Shown in pieces: positions 27,701-40,619 of a DNA stretch of 64,000 nt; position 1 is the stretch's first letter; the number at the start of each line of letters is the position of its first letter. The stretch lies in contig CM035362.1 in the NCBI GenBank assembly GCA_020137815.1, positions 1,240,001 to 1,304,000 of the forward strand. The letters are read 5' to 3'. The DNA is from Hormiphora californensis (lineage: Eukaryota > Animalia > Ctenophora). The translations under genes and the position numbers were made by a program. The notes beneath the pieces are model-generated. The model worked only from the letters and a program-made list of their open reading frames with translations. It did not search any database and was not told where the DNA came from.

Positions 27701-29024
27701 ACATTTCAACTGCTGATTACACCAAGATGAAAACAGTTTGTGAAAAAGTAACACCTGTTTAGAGGTCGTGTCGAGGCTCCAAACAGATGTGACAAAAACT
27801 GGAACAATTGGGAGAGGTCGATGTAGTTATCGACTCTACTATTTCAGGCAGCCCTTTTTGAGCTTGGAGTTTTGGAAACAGACGAGCTGGATTTCTTTGA
27901 TTTCCTTTGTATACAGGAAACACTGGCATGCGGAACTTTTGGTAAGAACAGCTGTCAGCCGCCAATACTCTGACCACAGTTCTCTATGAGAATAGGGTCA
28001 GGCAAATGCTCTGACAGGTATAATGTGAACTAAGAAATTTAGATCCATCGAGAGATAATTGCCATGACGTTAGTCATACAGACTATTAGTACTAAGAATG
28101 GAAATTATAACTGCTCGTGTTTCCTGCTCGTTTGACATGGTAATTATAACCGGACAAGGATATCTTTAGAAAATACTTCATTACTAAATTACACCATTCC
28201 GGGGCCTGGGAAATTCATTGGCTCCAGGTGGAGGGGATAAAAATAAAACTCTTCTTTTTTAGCAAAATAATGAGAACACGATAGACACGAGATGGAATAA
28301 AAATACGCACGTGCAACACATTGGGTTGGGGGCCCTGATAATTGGTGGTCCATGAGCGATGCCAGACACCTCTCTCTGCCCACTGTAAAAGTGTTCGTAG
28401 TGCATCATAGACAGCTTAGTGAAGGAAGAAACAATCTAATAATACCGGCTGCTCTCCTTTCCCTAAGCCGCTCTATCATGGACCGCTGCAGTGTGGGATT
28501 GTATACAATCACACTTTTTAGGGACCTTCCTGTTACCCAACTACACTCCTAAAACGCTCATTCAACCAATTTCAGATAATATACAAGACATCAACCGAAA
28601 CACTTCTACATATAAGGAAACTTAGAACAATGTCCTTATAATGCCCTTATAAGGTCAAAGTGCCTTTATAATGCCTTATAAGGTCAAAAATAACTGTTTA
28701 CCCGGTCATCGGACTCTCTCGCTGTGTGTAGATAATTAACTTATCGCATTATTATGGAATCAATTAAAATGGAAATAATAAAAGTAAAGTCTTCCTCCCT
28801 CTCTCTCTCTCTCACTCTCTCTCTCTCCTGAGCCTCACTCTCTCTCTCCTGAGCCTCAATCATCTGTGAAGATTTTTACTTGTATTTTTTCGAACAAGGC
28901 AAACGTTAGTAGTTTGACAGATTTTCTCTCTTCTTCAGAGGGGAGTAAGAGCAAGATGTTACGACAGCAGGGCCTTACAACGGGAAAGAAATCAACAGTT
29001 TCAAAGTATTGTGCGGTAATGTGA
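11964..29024 (+). CDS. Multi-exon gene: acidic N-terminal region, coiled coil, C-terminal EF-hand, CaaX prenylation motif; 5' end uncertain
   Basis: Phase-consistent GT-AG exons 11964-12160, 12272-12344, 12486-12563, 13096-13152, 23101-23227, then about 11 exons across 23299-26592, then 27848-~27941 and 28939-29024. EF loop DGNNDYRLDIGE; C-terminus ...TVSKYCAVM*. Possible upstream exon at ~11577-11681. Confidence 0.75.
14010..15120 (+). mobile_element. HINE/DINE-1-like element with a 5' inverted repeat
   Basis: 5' subTIR AAAGGTTGCC lies within a perfect ~56-bp inverted repeat (14010-14065 / 14160-14215). 3' end is GGCAACCTTT, hairpin GCGCTTGCCAGCGC, then ...ATCTTG. Confidence 0.55.
15413..18278 (-). 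CDS. Nested antisense gene: ~923-aa Ser/Glu/Arg-rich, probably intrinsically disordered protein
   Basis: 2727-nt open exon 18139-15413 with a CTCAG acceptor, joined in frame to exon 18278-18234 (MSDDTMVLEDSTTQT). No recognisable globular domain. Confidence 0.8.
24060..24207. repeat. Intronic minisatellite (TAACACCCCTTGCTCACCTG / TAACACCYTCTGTG units)
   Basis: Direct tandem repeats between two exons of the EF-hand gene. Confidence 0.85.
27049..27841. mobile_element. Near-perfect foldback element with TAG...CTA termini (Academ-like)
   Basis: ~285-bp almost identical inverted arms starting TAGTAGAGTCGATAAC. TTT on both flanks is a candidate 3-bp TSD. Confidence 0.75.
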
Positions 29025-29156
29025 ATGGCGATACTACAATTTGGAATGGTAACTCAGGACTATAATCGTTGTGGAAAGGACTGTGTTTATGAACTTGGCC
29101 AAGTGATGCCGTGCGGGAGGGAAAATGAGTGAGATAGATAGAGAGAGAGAGAGAGA

Positions 29157-29214
<58 letters not shown>

Positions 29215-29426
29215 CGAAGGGGACCCTAAACATTTGTGAATAATAATCCAAGTTCTCAGACAGTTTTTTTACCGAAAATTATCCCCCTTGTTTCGATTCT
29301 ATATTCACTGTCCGCTAAACTCAAAAACATCATTTAATCGTGTTATCAGAATTAGTAATTCCCCGTTATATGTCTCACGGGATCATCAGATTTCCCGTGA
29401 CGTCACGAGATCTATGACGTCATTAT

Positions 29427-29611
29427 CTAACCCTCCTCGCTGGACTCATAGTCGGCTCCTTCCTCTATTTTAGCGTCTAAGACCCGGAAAAACTCCACCT
29501 GTGATTGCGTCCGTTCTCTGCTGGGAGAAGGGAAGTGGTTAAGGGTAGAGAGAGAAAGAGAGAGATAGAGAGAGAGTGTGTGTGTGGGAGAGAGAGAGAG
29601 AGAGTGAGAGT

Positions 29612-29664
<53 letters not shown>

Positions 29665-29988
29665 ACAGAGACAGAAAGAGATAATAGAGAAATGGTTGGA
29701 GAAAGTGAATGTTGTCATGGAAACTCTCATCAAAACTTTTGAGAGCAGCTACAGAAAGCTGAAAGTAACTCTCCTAAAATAGCTCCGCTCAGTGCTCACG
29801 GCTGTTATAACACAATGTATTTATACTGAAGTATAATTAAATTGTGTATACTAATGGTACACGAATCACAGCTAATATAGGAGCTATACACTAATTACAC
29901 TTACACGGGTCCCCTATTGTTATTCTGTTGACCAAGTGGATTACTTTTTGGCAGTCCGCTGTCTCTTCGGCCCCTGGGGACGGAAGAA
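29427..29988 (-). CDS. C1orf21: C1orf21 (DUF4612)-like gene, 3' exons
   Basis: Exon 29520-29427 encodes RERTQSQVEFFRVLDAKIEEGADYESSEEG*, resembling the C1orf21 C-terminus as recalled (SQQEFFRMLDEKIEKGRDYCSEEED). Candidate upstream exon 29988-29945; N-terminal exon not resolved. Confidence 0.65.
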
Positions 29989-30481
29989 CTAGGACTCAAG
30001 TCAGTGATCGTTTAATTAGCACATAATCAGAGTTTATAATTATTGGACAATGGACATGCAATTACTTAGTTTGGGAAAATGTTTTTGATTTAAACGATAA
30101 CACAAAACTCACTTTTTCTGGGCTTGATCTTTTGCAGTTTTTTCCTGTAACAAAGGTCACACATTAGCAGCTAATCATTAGCTAAACACGTATCATTGAT
30201 ACTATCAAGCACGGCTAAACTTTTCTGTCATTCATCTTGAAATGTGAAGACACTGTTTTGGTTGCGCAAAAAGCAGCCTCTGGTATAGTGAGTGCTTGCC
30301 GTTGTGGACTTTTGTCGCGCGCGGCACACTGCGCGCTACAAACCTTTATGTGAGCTGCCGCTCCGTTGCTTTCTGAGGTATCCTGATCTGAAAACGGAGA
30401 GGTTCAGTGGAGATGTCCCGAATGGGACTCCCGAAGGAGAGAGGAATAAGGAGGGAGTTAGATAGAGAGGAAGATATATAT

Positions 30482-30657
<176 letters not shown>

Positions 30658-31074
30658 TTGGCGATTAATGTGAAACGGGGTTTACGGTATGAAATAACCT
30701 GGTACTAGGGCCCACCATTAAATTGAAGGGGATATTATATGTGTAATGATTAATGACTTTGACATTTCTTCCATCGAAATGGAAATTACTAACTAAATAT
30801 GGAACATTTGGAACATGTAGAACGACGAACGTTGGGTCGCCGTAAGATGTGCAAAATACTGGAGAAATCAAGCAATGGAGCTGTGTTGTGACATGGTGTG
30901 TGTGACATGGTGTCACCGAAATATTGTCAAGGTTGATTGTAAACCGATCTAGTTGTGAAATCCAAATTATGAGAGAAATCTAAAAGAGATTGAAAGTATG
31001 AAAAAGAATTATTAATTTAAGAGATAGAATGTGTGATAAATCAGAGAGAGGGAGAGAAAGAGGAAGAGAAAGAG

Positions 31075-31151
<77 letters not shown>

Positions 31152-31683
31152 TTGTACAATGTACCTACGTACAATGTGTGTGCCGAGAACACATTTTTTT
31201 GTTTTCTTTAGCTTTGTTTCTTTCACTACCTACCATCTCTTTCTTTCACCTCTATCTTCCCAAGAGAACAGGTTGGTTCCCTGTTCTCTCTCCATCTCTC
31301 TTTCTATCCATGACAAGAGAAAAATTAGAGTAGAAGCGCTAGACTAAACCAGACACTAGGCTACACTGAACATTCTCTTGGCCCTCTTCTTTCTTTCTTT
31401 CTTTTTTTTTTCTTTCTCTCTCCCTCTCTCTCTCAGTACGTTTCTCTGAATCTTTCTCTCTTACCGAACTATTTTAATGCACGGTAAATTTTTCAGATTA
31501 TCTAATTTAAAGAGAGAAGAAGAGAATCAGGAAAAAGGAGAGATAGGAGAGAGGGATGCAAAAAAGAAAAGGGGCTCAGAATTAGATTTCGAAATGGGTT
31601 TGCCCCCTGCTACAGTCACCGGTGGGATATCTGGACATTAGCAATGGCTACTCTGAGAAAAAGAGACATCTAAATATTTATAA

Positions 31684-32228
31684 GAGCCTCTCTAGACGAG
31701 ACAAAATCTCGTATGAGGCTACTATAGGAGGCTCCTATAGGAGGCTCCTATAGTAGGTAGATACTCGTCTAGAGCTTCATTTCTACTCTAACAGCCTGTT
31801 AGAGTTTGAACCATTACAGCCTACTATAGGAGGGTCATACGAGGCTCGTCTAGAGATGATTTGGACCCTCCTATGAGGCTCCTATAGTAGCTTTTGCACG
31901 TGATCGTTGTCACGTGTGAACGAAATATGAAACGGGGACGTTGTGGAAGCCTTACATTCACACTTCACCCCCTGTTAACACGACCCATTATTTACCCCGG
32001 TATAATATTTCGTTCACACGTGACAACGATCACGTGCAATAGCTACTATAGGAGCCTCATACGACGGTCCAAATCATCTCTAGACGAGCCTCGTATGAGG
32101 CTCCTATAGGAGGCTCCTATAGTAGCCAGTTACTCGTTTAGAGTGGTCTTGCTACCTACTATAGGAGCCTCCTATAGGCGCCTACTATAGGAGCCTCATA
32201 CGAGATTTTGTCTCGTCTAGAAAGGCTC
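31684..32228. mobile_element. Palindromic MITE with TAA TSD (PIF/Harbinger, Tourist-like)
   Basis: TIR GAGCCTYTCTAGACGAGACAAAATCTCGTATGAGGCT at both ends, TAA on both flanks, internal CTCCTATAGGAG repeats. Confidence 0.75.
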
Positions 32229-32427
32229 TAACATCTAATGATAAACTTGGGCCCAACTGCTTTCTTATTGTTCAGACGGCCTCCTTTGCACCTCCAGAGA
32301 TCTCCCAGAGACGTCCCAACTAGGGGATTATAATAGATGCACTGCCTGGGAAGTCATACACCACCAAAAAAGTGTGTCATAATTGTCACTGAGTCATTTT
32401 TCTAGCAGTCGATTTCATCCCCGTCCC

Positions 32428-32563
32428 CGGAGGTGATAGGGAGGCCCAGAATGTTTGATCTCGGAGGTGCAAGGGAGGCCCAGAATGTTTGATCTCGGAG
32501 GTGATAGGGAGGCCCAGAATGTTTGATCTCGGAGGTGCAAGGGAGACCCAGAATGTTTGATCT
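32428..32563. repeat. 34-bp minisatellite, ~4 units
   Basis: GGGAGGCCCAGAATGTTTGATCTCGGAGGTG(CAA/ATA) in tandem. Confidence 0.9.
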
Positions 32564-32975
32564 CACAGCTGATAATTACAACTTTATCAATCTCACGGAT
32601 CTTTAGTTGCAGGAATGTGTTCATTAGAGCGATACCTGATACCCCTGTTTACTATCTGTATAGATCTCCTCTCTCTATCCTTTGTATTTACATCGAAACT
32701 CCAGCTCCCTCTCTCCTCCCCGACGTCTCTCAACCCCCCCCCCCCCATTGATTGTCTCCTCCTATACCAGATGGTTAGAGAATATTTAGCGCTGTATCAT
32801 TACCATGGAAACTGAGTGTGAGCTGCCAAGATGGCACAGTTATCTGTACATTTGTATAACAGCTGTACATTGTGTGACACCGTTTACGTTTCCTCTATAT
32901 CCAACACACAATATATGTAACATCATGACGTGAGGGAGGATCTAGAATTACAGTTCTGATTCAGACCAGCGGGAA

Positions 32976-33275
32976 TGGGTTGAAGCTGCACTGTGGGTTG
33001 AAGCTGTGCTGTGGGTTGAAGCTGCACTGTGGGTTGAAGCTGCACTGTGGGTTGAAGCTGCACTGTGGGTTGAAGCTGCACTGTGGGTTGAAGCTGCACT
33101 GTGGGTTGAAGCTGCACTGTGGGTTGAAGCTGCACTGTGGGTTGAAGCTGCACTGTGGGTTGAAGCCTGCCACTGTGGGTTGAAGGTGCGTGGTTGAAGC
33201 TGTGTGGGTTTAAGCTGCACTGTGGGTTGAAGCTCTTTTAAGCTTGCTGTGGGTGAAGCGCCTGGGGTTGAAGCG
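32976..33275. repeat. 18-bp minisatellite running toward the gap
   Basis: (TGGGTTGAAGCTGCACTG)n, degrading toward the N run. Confidence 0.92.
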
Positions 33276-33325
33276 ATGGGGGAGTTCCGGGTTTAGTGGG
33301 GATGATGAAAAAGAGAGGAGAAGTT

Positions 33326-33425
33326 NNNNNNNNNNNNNNNNNNNNNNNNNNNNNNNNNNNNNNNNNNNNNNNNNNNNNNNNNNNNNNNNNNNNNNNNNNN
33401 NNNNNNNNNNNNNNNNNNNNNNNNN
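33326..33425. other. Assembly gap (100 N); sequence to ~38300 looks error-prone
   Basis: N run, followed by inflated homopolymers and a degraded copy of a repeat that is clean elsewhere in the window. Confidence 0.95.
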
Positions 33426-36302
33426 GATTGGGGGTTTTTTAGAAAGGGGGCGGGCAAAAAAAAAAGCCCTTTCTGCTTCAAAAAACTCTCTTTTGTTCTC
33501 TCTTCTTTGGGTTTGGTTCTTCCCGTGGACTTCTCCCTTTCCTTCCTCTCTCTCTCCTGGGTTTCCCCCCCGGCCTTCTTGTCCTTTTTTTTCCCCCTTT
33601 TTCCCACCCCTCTCCCTCTCCCTCTCCTTCCCATCGCCCCTCTTTTTTCCCCTCTTTCTTCTCTCTCTCTTCTCTCTCTCCTCTCTCTCTCTCTCTTTTT
33701 CTTGTTTTTCGCATCTCTACTCTCATCCCTCCCCTCTTCCCCCGGGCCTTTTCCCCCACCCAGGTATGGAAGGTGGCGATCGGGTTAATAACAATACCCA
33801 AAAAACGCACTTTTTTGCTTTTTTGTGATGGGGTAGCTATAGCGTGCAAGCCTAGGAAATAATGAGGCTTTCCTTTGCAGTGAGTAGTTCGCACCGGATA
33901 TGGGAATGAGACAGAAATATGGAGGTTAGGAGTTAGGACCTAGGGCAAATCTATCTTTTAGAAAAAGTGTATTTCCATTTCCTTTTGGTTTTTGGACGAG
34001 AGAAAATAAAGGCTTTAAAAAAATTTTTGATTTTTTGGTTTCATTGTTCAAAACCAAGTTGTTGGGGGGGTTTTCCCCTGCCCAAAAAGAAAAGCTTTTT
34101 TTTAAAATTTTTTGGGGCGTGGGCCATTATAAAAAAGCTAAATAAATAGTTTTCCGTTGTAGTTGATAAATTTCAAACTTTCAAAAAAACAGACGTTTCG
34201 GCTGTAGGGCCCTTTATCAATAATGCTCAATAATGTTTTATTAAAAATGGCCGTACCCCCGAAACGTCAATAAATGAGCGTCTTCGATTCTGACACCCAC
34301 CAACCAAAAATTTGTAAAATGAAAAACCAAGAAATACTACCCCACCACCTCCACCATCTCCCAAAAAATTATTGAAAGACAGTATTTAAAAAAAGTTAAA
34401 AAAAAAAACCCCCCCGAAAAAAAAAGGGGGGGGAAAAAAGGGGGAAGGGTCCCCCCAAAAAAAAAAAAAAAAAAAAGGGGGGGGGGGGCCCCCCCCCAAA
34501 AACCCCCCCCCCGGGGGGGGGGCTCTCTCTCTCTCTCTCTCTTTTTTCCCCCTCTCCCTTTCCCTTTTCCCCCTTTTTAGGTTTTGTCTTTTCCTTTTTT
34601 TTTGCTAGCTTATTCTCGCCATCCCCCTCTCTGTCTTCCTCTATAGAATATAGTTGTTATTTCCCCCCTATCCTCCTCTCTATCTCTCAGAAGAACTCCT
34701 CCAATTAGGCTGTACCACAGTAAAAATAGTACCATGGGTAATTGCTCCTGACAGGTGCTATGTCACACACACACACACACGGCAACTAGGAAGAATGAAG
34801 ATAGGAAACATGATAGGAGAGAAGGATAAAAAGAAAGATGAGTAAATTTTCAGATGGCTGGCGTTTTTAATTTTTTATTATATATTTGTAAAAATATTTT
34901 AATAATAGAAGTTGAATCAAGTCGATAATTAAAAACAAAACCTTCACAGTTCCTTTATAATAGAACGGCCCTTTTAAATTACCCCTCCAGTTTTTGATTA
35001 TTCCCCCTCTATTAGTAAATTTCATTTTTTTCCCATTTAAACGACGCTTCGAATTGTCTCTTAGATAATCAAATCTATCCCATTTCGTTTTTCTCTTCTT
35101 GATATCATAACTGAATTTCTATCATATTTTCTCTTTCAATTTTACCAGGAATTCTCATCCGTGCTTACGTCCTTGGCAATCGACTGCCCAATTAACAAAA
35201 ATACTGACGGAAAAGAGATAAATATGGTTAAAAAGAGGGAGGGGAAGAGGAGAGAGAGGGAGGAGAGGGGGGGAGAGAGAGAGAGAGAGAGAGGGGGAGA
35301 GGGGGGGGAAAAGGGGAGAGAGAGAGGGAGAGAAGAGAGAAGAAAAAAAAAAGAAGAGAAACTAACTAAAGGGGGTGAAATATGAGAAAAAATGAATAAA
35401 ATTGGCATGAAAAAAGAGTTGAAAAAAACCAAAAAGGGAAAATACTGAGAGAAGGGAAAACAAATAGTAGGGAGGGAGCTGAGGTTTATTTCAACAGCCC
35501 CCTGGCTGTAACGTGTAAAATAGCCTTCTTAAACCCCCACCACAGTTTTACGATTTTAACGATAGTGACCTTTTTTTTTCCTTTCCCCTCTCTCTTATTT
35601 GCCCCTCTTCTTCTCTCCCCTCTCTTCGTCTCCTCTCTTTTCTTTGTAATTCTCTCCTTTTTGTCTCTCTCTTCCCCATCTGCAGTTGCAGTATGTCACT
35701 GTATCCGTTCATGACAAACATCTCGCTTTGGTTTCCATTTCTCTCTATCTCCCTCTCTCGAATTATCTGCAGAACTGGAAATTTGCCCAACGAAATAATA
35801 GTTCTCTAAATTAAATTAAATCAAATATAAATGATTAATATAATATTTATCAATTATTTGTATTTAAACCTCGGAAGTATTTTTTTCTCAAATTCTTGAT
35901 GTTTCTTCCCGCAAATAAGGAAGTTAATATATCCCAGGGTACAACTTCTATCTATCTACGGAGGTAAAATTGGGGAAAAAACAAATTTCAAATAATATCA
36001 AGTGGCAGTGGCTGCAGGAAAATTATATAATTAAGATAGTAAGTAAAATTGCAACGGGAAAATAACTTTCCCCTTAGCTGAAAATTTTGGGTTATTTATG
36101 CGTGCTTAGTTGTGACCCCTTTTGGGAAGGCAAACAATAAAAACCAAAATCTCGGAGCGCTTTTTAAATGTAAAAAGGGGTTTTTTCTTTTTAAAAAAAA
36201 AAAAATTTTCCCTTCTCAATTTATTTTGGGGGCGGGGACTTTATTATAATGATTGGAGGAGGGGACCTTGAGTTTTTCGGGAAGGAGGAGAGGGGAGGGG
36301 AA

Positions 36303-36363
<61 letters not shown>

Positions 36364-36467
36364 GGACGAGCGAGAGATAAAATCTCAAAGAGATGGTACC
36401 ACAGAGAGCAATATAGAAAAAGAGAGTGCATTTATATATTAGGGGTTTGCTATTTTTAGAAATTTAA

Positions 36468-36755
36468 TACCTAGGGTGTTCATTTTAGATCTTTACAAGC
36501 GTTGGGCTTCACCCAGAAGAGATTTGACAAGATTAAGTCATGAAACTTGGGACCCTGGGGGCTGGGAAGTGTGTTTTCTGGTGCTGAGACTTCGCTAAAA
36601 TGTTTTTGGGTATTTTCTATGTCAATTCCAAAGTTTCATGGTGATGGGATGTGTTTTTCAGTCTAAGTATGAAGTTTCATGACCTAATCTTTTCATATCT
36701 CTTCTGGGTGAAGCCCAATACAATGCTTGTAAAGATCTAAAATGAACACCGTGTA
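36468..36755. mobile_element. Palindromic MITE
   Basis: Inverted arms GGTGTTCATTTTAGATCTTTACAAGC / GCTTGTAAAGATCTAAAATGAACACC. Confidence 0.7.
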
Positions 36756-37522
36756 TATTATAAAAAGACATAGATGGTATTAGGTACAAAAATTGTATTT
36801 TGAATTTATGCGATATTAGTATGTACCTACTTGTAAAATGGAGTTATTTTTAGGAACCGTAATAGCGATAGAAGGATGGGAACTAAAGATAGGAGAGCTG
36901 GTTGAAAAGAACCAAAATGTTTAGTACATTCAAGCAGTGTATGGACTACCATTGTTTCAATTTTCAGACAATAAACGTACATCTAGTGACAGGCAGGACC
37001 CGGGCCCTTGGGCTTGAGCATAATATATGTTTTAGAAAGAATTCGGGCAGGTTATTAATAGCAAGTGTCGTTAACGTGCCAATAGTACCTTTGGGACTGT
37101 TTAGAAGCCAATTCAAGAAAAGAGAGAGAAAAGAGGGGATGGGTGGAAAAGAAAAAGGTCCACAGGGGCAATAAGGAGAGAGACGAGAGCAGAGCGCGCG
37201 CACCGCACCCACCACCCACCGCACCAAGCGCCACGACTATACGAGTAAAGGCAGAGATTTAAGGAACGCGCAAAGCGGGGGAGAACGAGGAGCGAGGGAG
37301 AGAGAGAAAGAAGAAGCAACGTACGCACTCTCTTCTTTTGAGGGCCCAAACCCGGATTTTACATAAAACCCCTTCCCAAAAATAAACCCGGGGGGGGGGC
37401 GAGAGGGGAAAGGGGGGGGGCCCAAAAAAACCCCCCGGGGGGGGGGTCGGGGAGCGGGGGGGAGGAAAAGGGGCCCCCCAAACCCCCACCCAAACTCAAA
37501 AAGTATTTTAAATTTTATGCGA

Positions 37523-38359
37523 TACAGTCGGCCCCCGTTTAGGGGCCCCCCGATTTAGTGGCACCCCGTTTAGGGGCAGGTTTTTTTCCCCAAAAATTTT
37601 TTGTTTTTTTTTTGTGAAATTTTTTGTAAAATTTTTTTGAAAATTTTTCAAAAAAATCCCAGCCACGTCCGAATGTGTTTCAAATCGTGAATCTTATCGC
37701 AGCCTGCTGAAATTTTAGACGGTTCGGAAGAACTGATATGTGATCCCGGGGGCCTTTAAATATAAGTTCACCAAGCGTCAAAATTTGATTCGATGGGGAT
37801 CATTTTCGATTCGCCCCAACCCGTCTATTAGAAAAGGAAGCGATAAGATGACCGATTCGAAACACGATTCGGACGTGGTGGATACTTTAAAAAATTTTAC
37901 AACTTCTTTTGAAAAATTTTTACATAGTTGTCAAGCTTTGTCGGTGCTCCCCCATAAATTTAGGAGAAAAAGTTTTTTGACATTTTGATATTTTCCTAAC
38001 CGTTGGGGGCCCCGGGGTTTGGAATGGATCAGTATCAGTTCTTTTCGAACCCGCTAATGACGGGGACACCCAGGAAGTGACCGATTCGAAACACAAATCG
38101 GACGGGCTGGTTAAAAATTAAAAAAATTTTTCACATTTTTTGAAAAATTTATTGATAGTTTTTATTTTAATCAGAAATGTCATGAAATCAAACATAAATT
38201 TTTGATTAACATTTTTAGAGGGGGTTTTGTTTTGATGCATTTTGGGCAAAAATGGGTTTTTTGGGGGAAAAAATATGGCTCGCCCCGATTAGGGGCCCCC
38301 CGATTTAGTGGCAGGATTTCTTTCCCCCGAGGATGCCACTAAATCGGGGTCCGACTGTA
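37523..38359. mobile_element. pogo/Tigger-like MITE (TA-CAGTCGG...CCGACTG-TA)
   Basis: Same family as 62665-63834. The empty site at ~36806-36830 confirms the TA duplication. Confidence 0.85.
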
Positions 38360-38749
38360 TTAGTATGTACCTACTTGTAAAATGGAGTTATTTTTAGGAA
38401 CCGTAATAGCGATAGAAGGATGGGAACTAAAGATAGGAGAGCTGGTTGAAAAGAACCAAAATGTTTAGTACATTCAAGCAGTGTATGGACTACCATTGTT
38501 TCAATTTTCAGACAATAAACGTACATCTAGTGACAGGCAGGACCAGTCCGTGTCTTGATGCATAATATATGTATAGAAAGAATTCGGGCAGGTATTATAA
38601 TAGCAAGTGTCATGTTACGTGCCAAATAGTTACCTTTTGGGACTGTTATAGATAGCTTTTCAATTCAAGAAACGAGAGATTAAAATATTTGATGGGTTGA
38701 AAAGGAAAAAGTCTCACAGCTGGCAATAAGGATATATCTGATAGGCATA

Positions 38750-38835
<86 letters not shown>

Positions 38836-39039
38836 TCTCACTCTCTCTCTTTCTCTCTCTCTCTCCATCTCTCTTTCTCTCTCTCGCTCTCTCTCTCTCT
38901 TTCTTTCTATCTCTCTCTCGGAGTACGGAGCGACTGATTTGATCTTGTACACATAACGTTCAAACTCATTTCCCGATCTCTGGCAACCTATAACGCTATC
39001 ACTTCCCCTTTTTTCGAGCTGCTCCTTACTATCTCTCAC

Positions 39040-39161
<122 letters not shown>

Positions 39162-39373
39162 ACTCTATATCTCTCTCTTCACCTCTCTTCCTTCCCCTCG
39201 GCATAGCTGCTGCAGCAGTAGTGGTAGCAGGTAGTGTATTGCCACATACGATCATTCATCGCCAAACCACCCACGATCACACCGTGGGATACATATAGTT
39301 TGAAGATAATAAATGGAGAGAGAGAGAGAGAGAAAGAAAAAAGTCGAGAGAGGGAGAGATGACCATCAGAAGG

Positions 39374-39405
<32 letters not shown>

Positions 39406-40519
39406 CGCGATAATAGGTAGATGGAAAAAGTGACTTGGGGAGTGGCAACAACAAAAGGATCATGGCAGGATGAAAGAACCAATCTAATAACCCTTCAGTG
39501 CAGGGGGGGTACAAAACCTATATAGCAGCGACTATGAAGAACACTATTATAAAAGAGGATTATATAGTAGCGTGATGTTTCTACACAACCTCTTTAAAGT
39601 CACCCTTAGACATATCCATAAATAGCCACAAATCACTCTCATAGTGCGTGGGTTTGGTACTAAAAATATAGCAGATCCCCCTTCTCGATTTGTTACCATA
39701 TAAGGAGACAAGGGCTCACGGGCCAATCACTCTCCCTCCACGCATTTAGTGTTGTTGGCAACTGCGAGTTTTCTAGACTTCAAATAAAACCAAGATTCCT
39801 AGTATAGCCAATAGACAATTTGATTTCAAACAGAGCACACCGTTCTGCCACGGAGTAGGTAATTAGTTTTTATATGCTAGGTCTCAGCGGGATAGAAGTG
39901 TCTACATTAGAGCCACTGTGTGGACGTAAAATTAAGGTGGGAAGTCCTTTTTAAGTCTCCAAATAGAAATTAGACTCTTGACGGGCTCCACTGAAGGTGG
40001 GAACTGGAAGTTCTTGTCAAAGAGACGGTCGAGTGTCGACGATAAAGATTTGCATAGCAAAAAAGGATACTATTATTACGAGGGAAGGACGAAGAAATGT
40101 AAATACAGAGAAAAGGAGGGATAAACTAAGAGAATGGAGTACCTGTCGTACTACGTGTCTGTCACGGAAGTATTGTATGCCTGTGTGTGTAAGAGAGAAG
40201 GGATTGTGTGAGAGTTATAATCTTACCGGAAATGAGGAATTACAGCTTCGACGACATCGAGCGAGAGAGAGGAGATAGATATAGAGATAAAGATAGTTGG
40301 TTAGAGACAGAAGGAGGGGGAGAGAGAGTTCGACAGAAAAATAGAAGGGAGAGAGGTAGATGGTGGGGAAATGGAGACATGAACTGAGGTGTGGAGAGAT
40401 GCGAGGAAGTCTTGTGAGAAAGGAAACGGAGAAAGCAGGTTGATCGAGATTAAGCGATTGCCGTAAGAGATGTTGAGAGAGAGAAAAATGAAAGCAAAGA
40501 TAGAGATGTTAGAGAAAGG

Positions 40520-40552
<33 letters not shown>

Positions 40553-40553
40553 C

Positions 40554-40619
<66 letters not shown>

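Noticed and set aside
34188-34272. Possible inverted pair of hammerhead-like motifs (...GCCGAAACGTC)
   Set aside because: The CUGANGA core is not intact and the region is error-prone; cannot be supported.
33426-37500. G/C-run structures and ORFs after the gap
   Set aside because: Homopolymer inflation indicates low-quality sequence.
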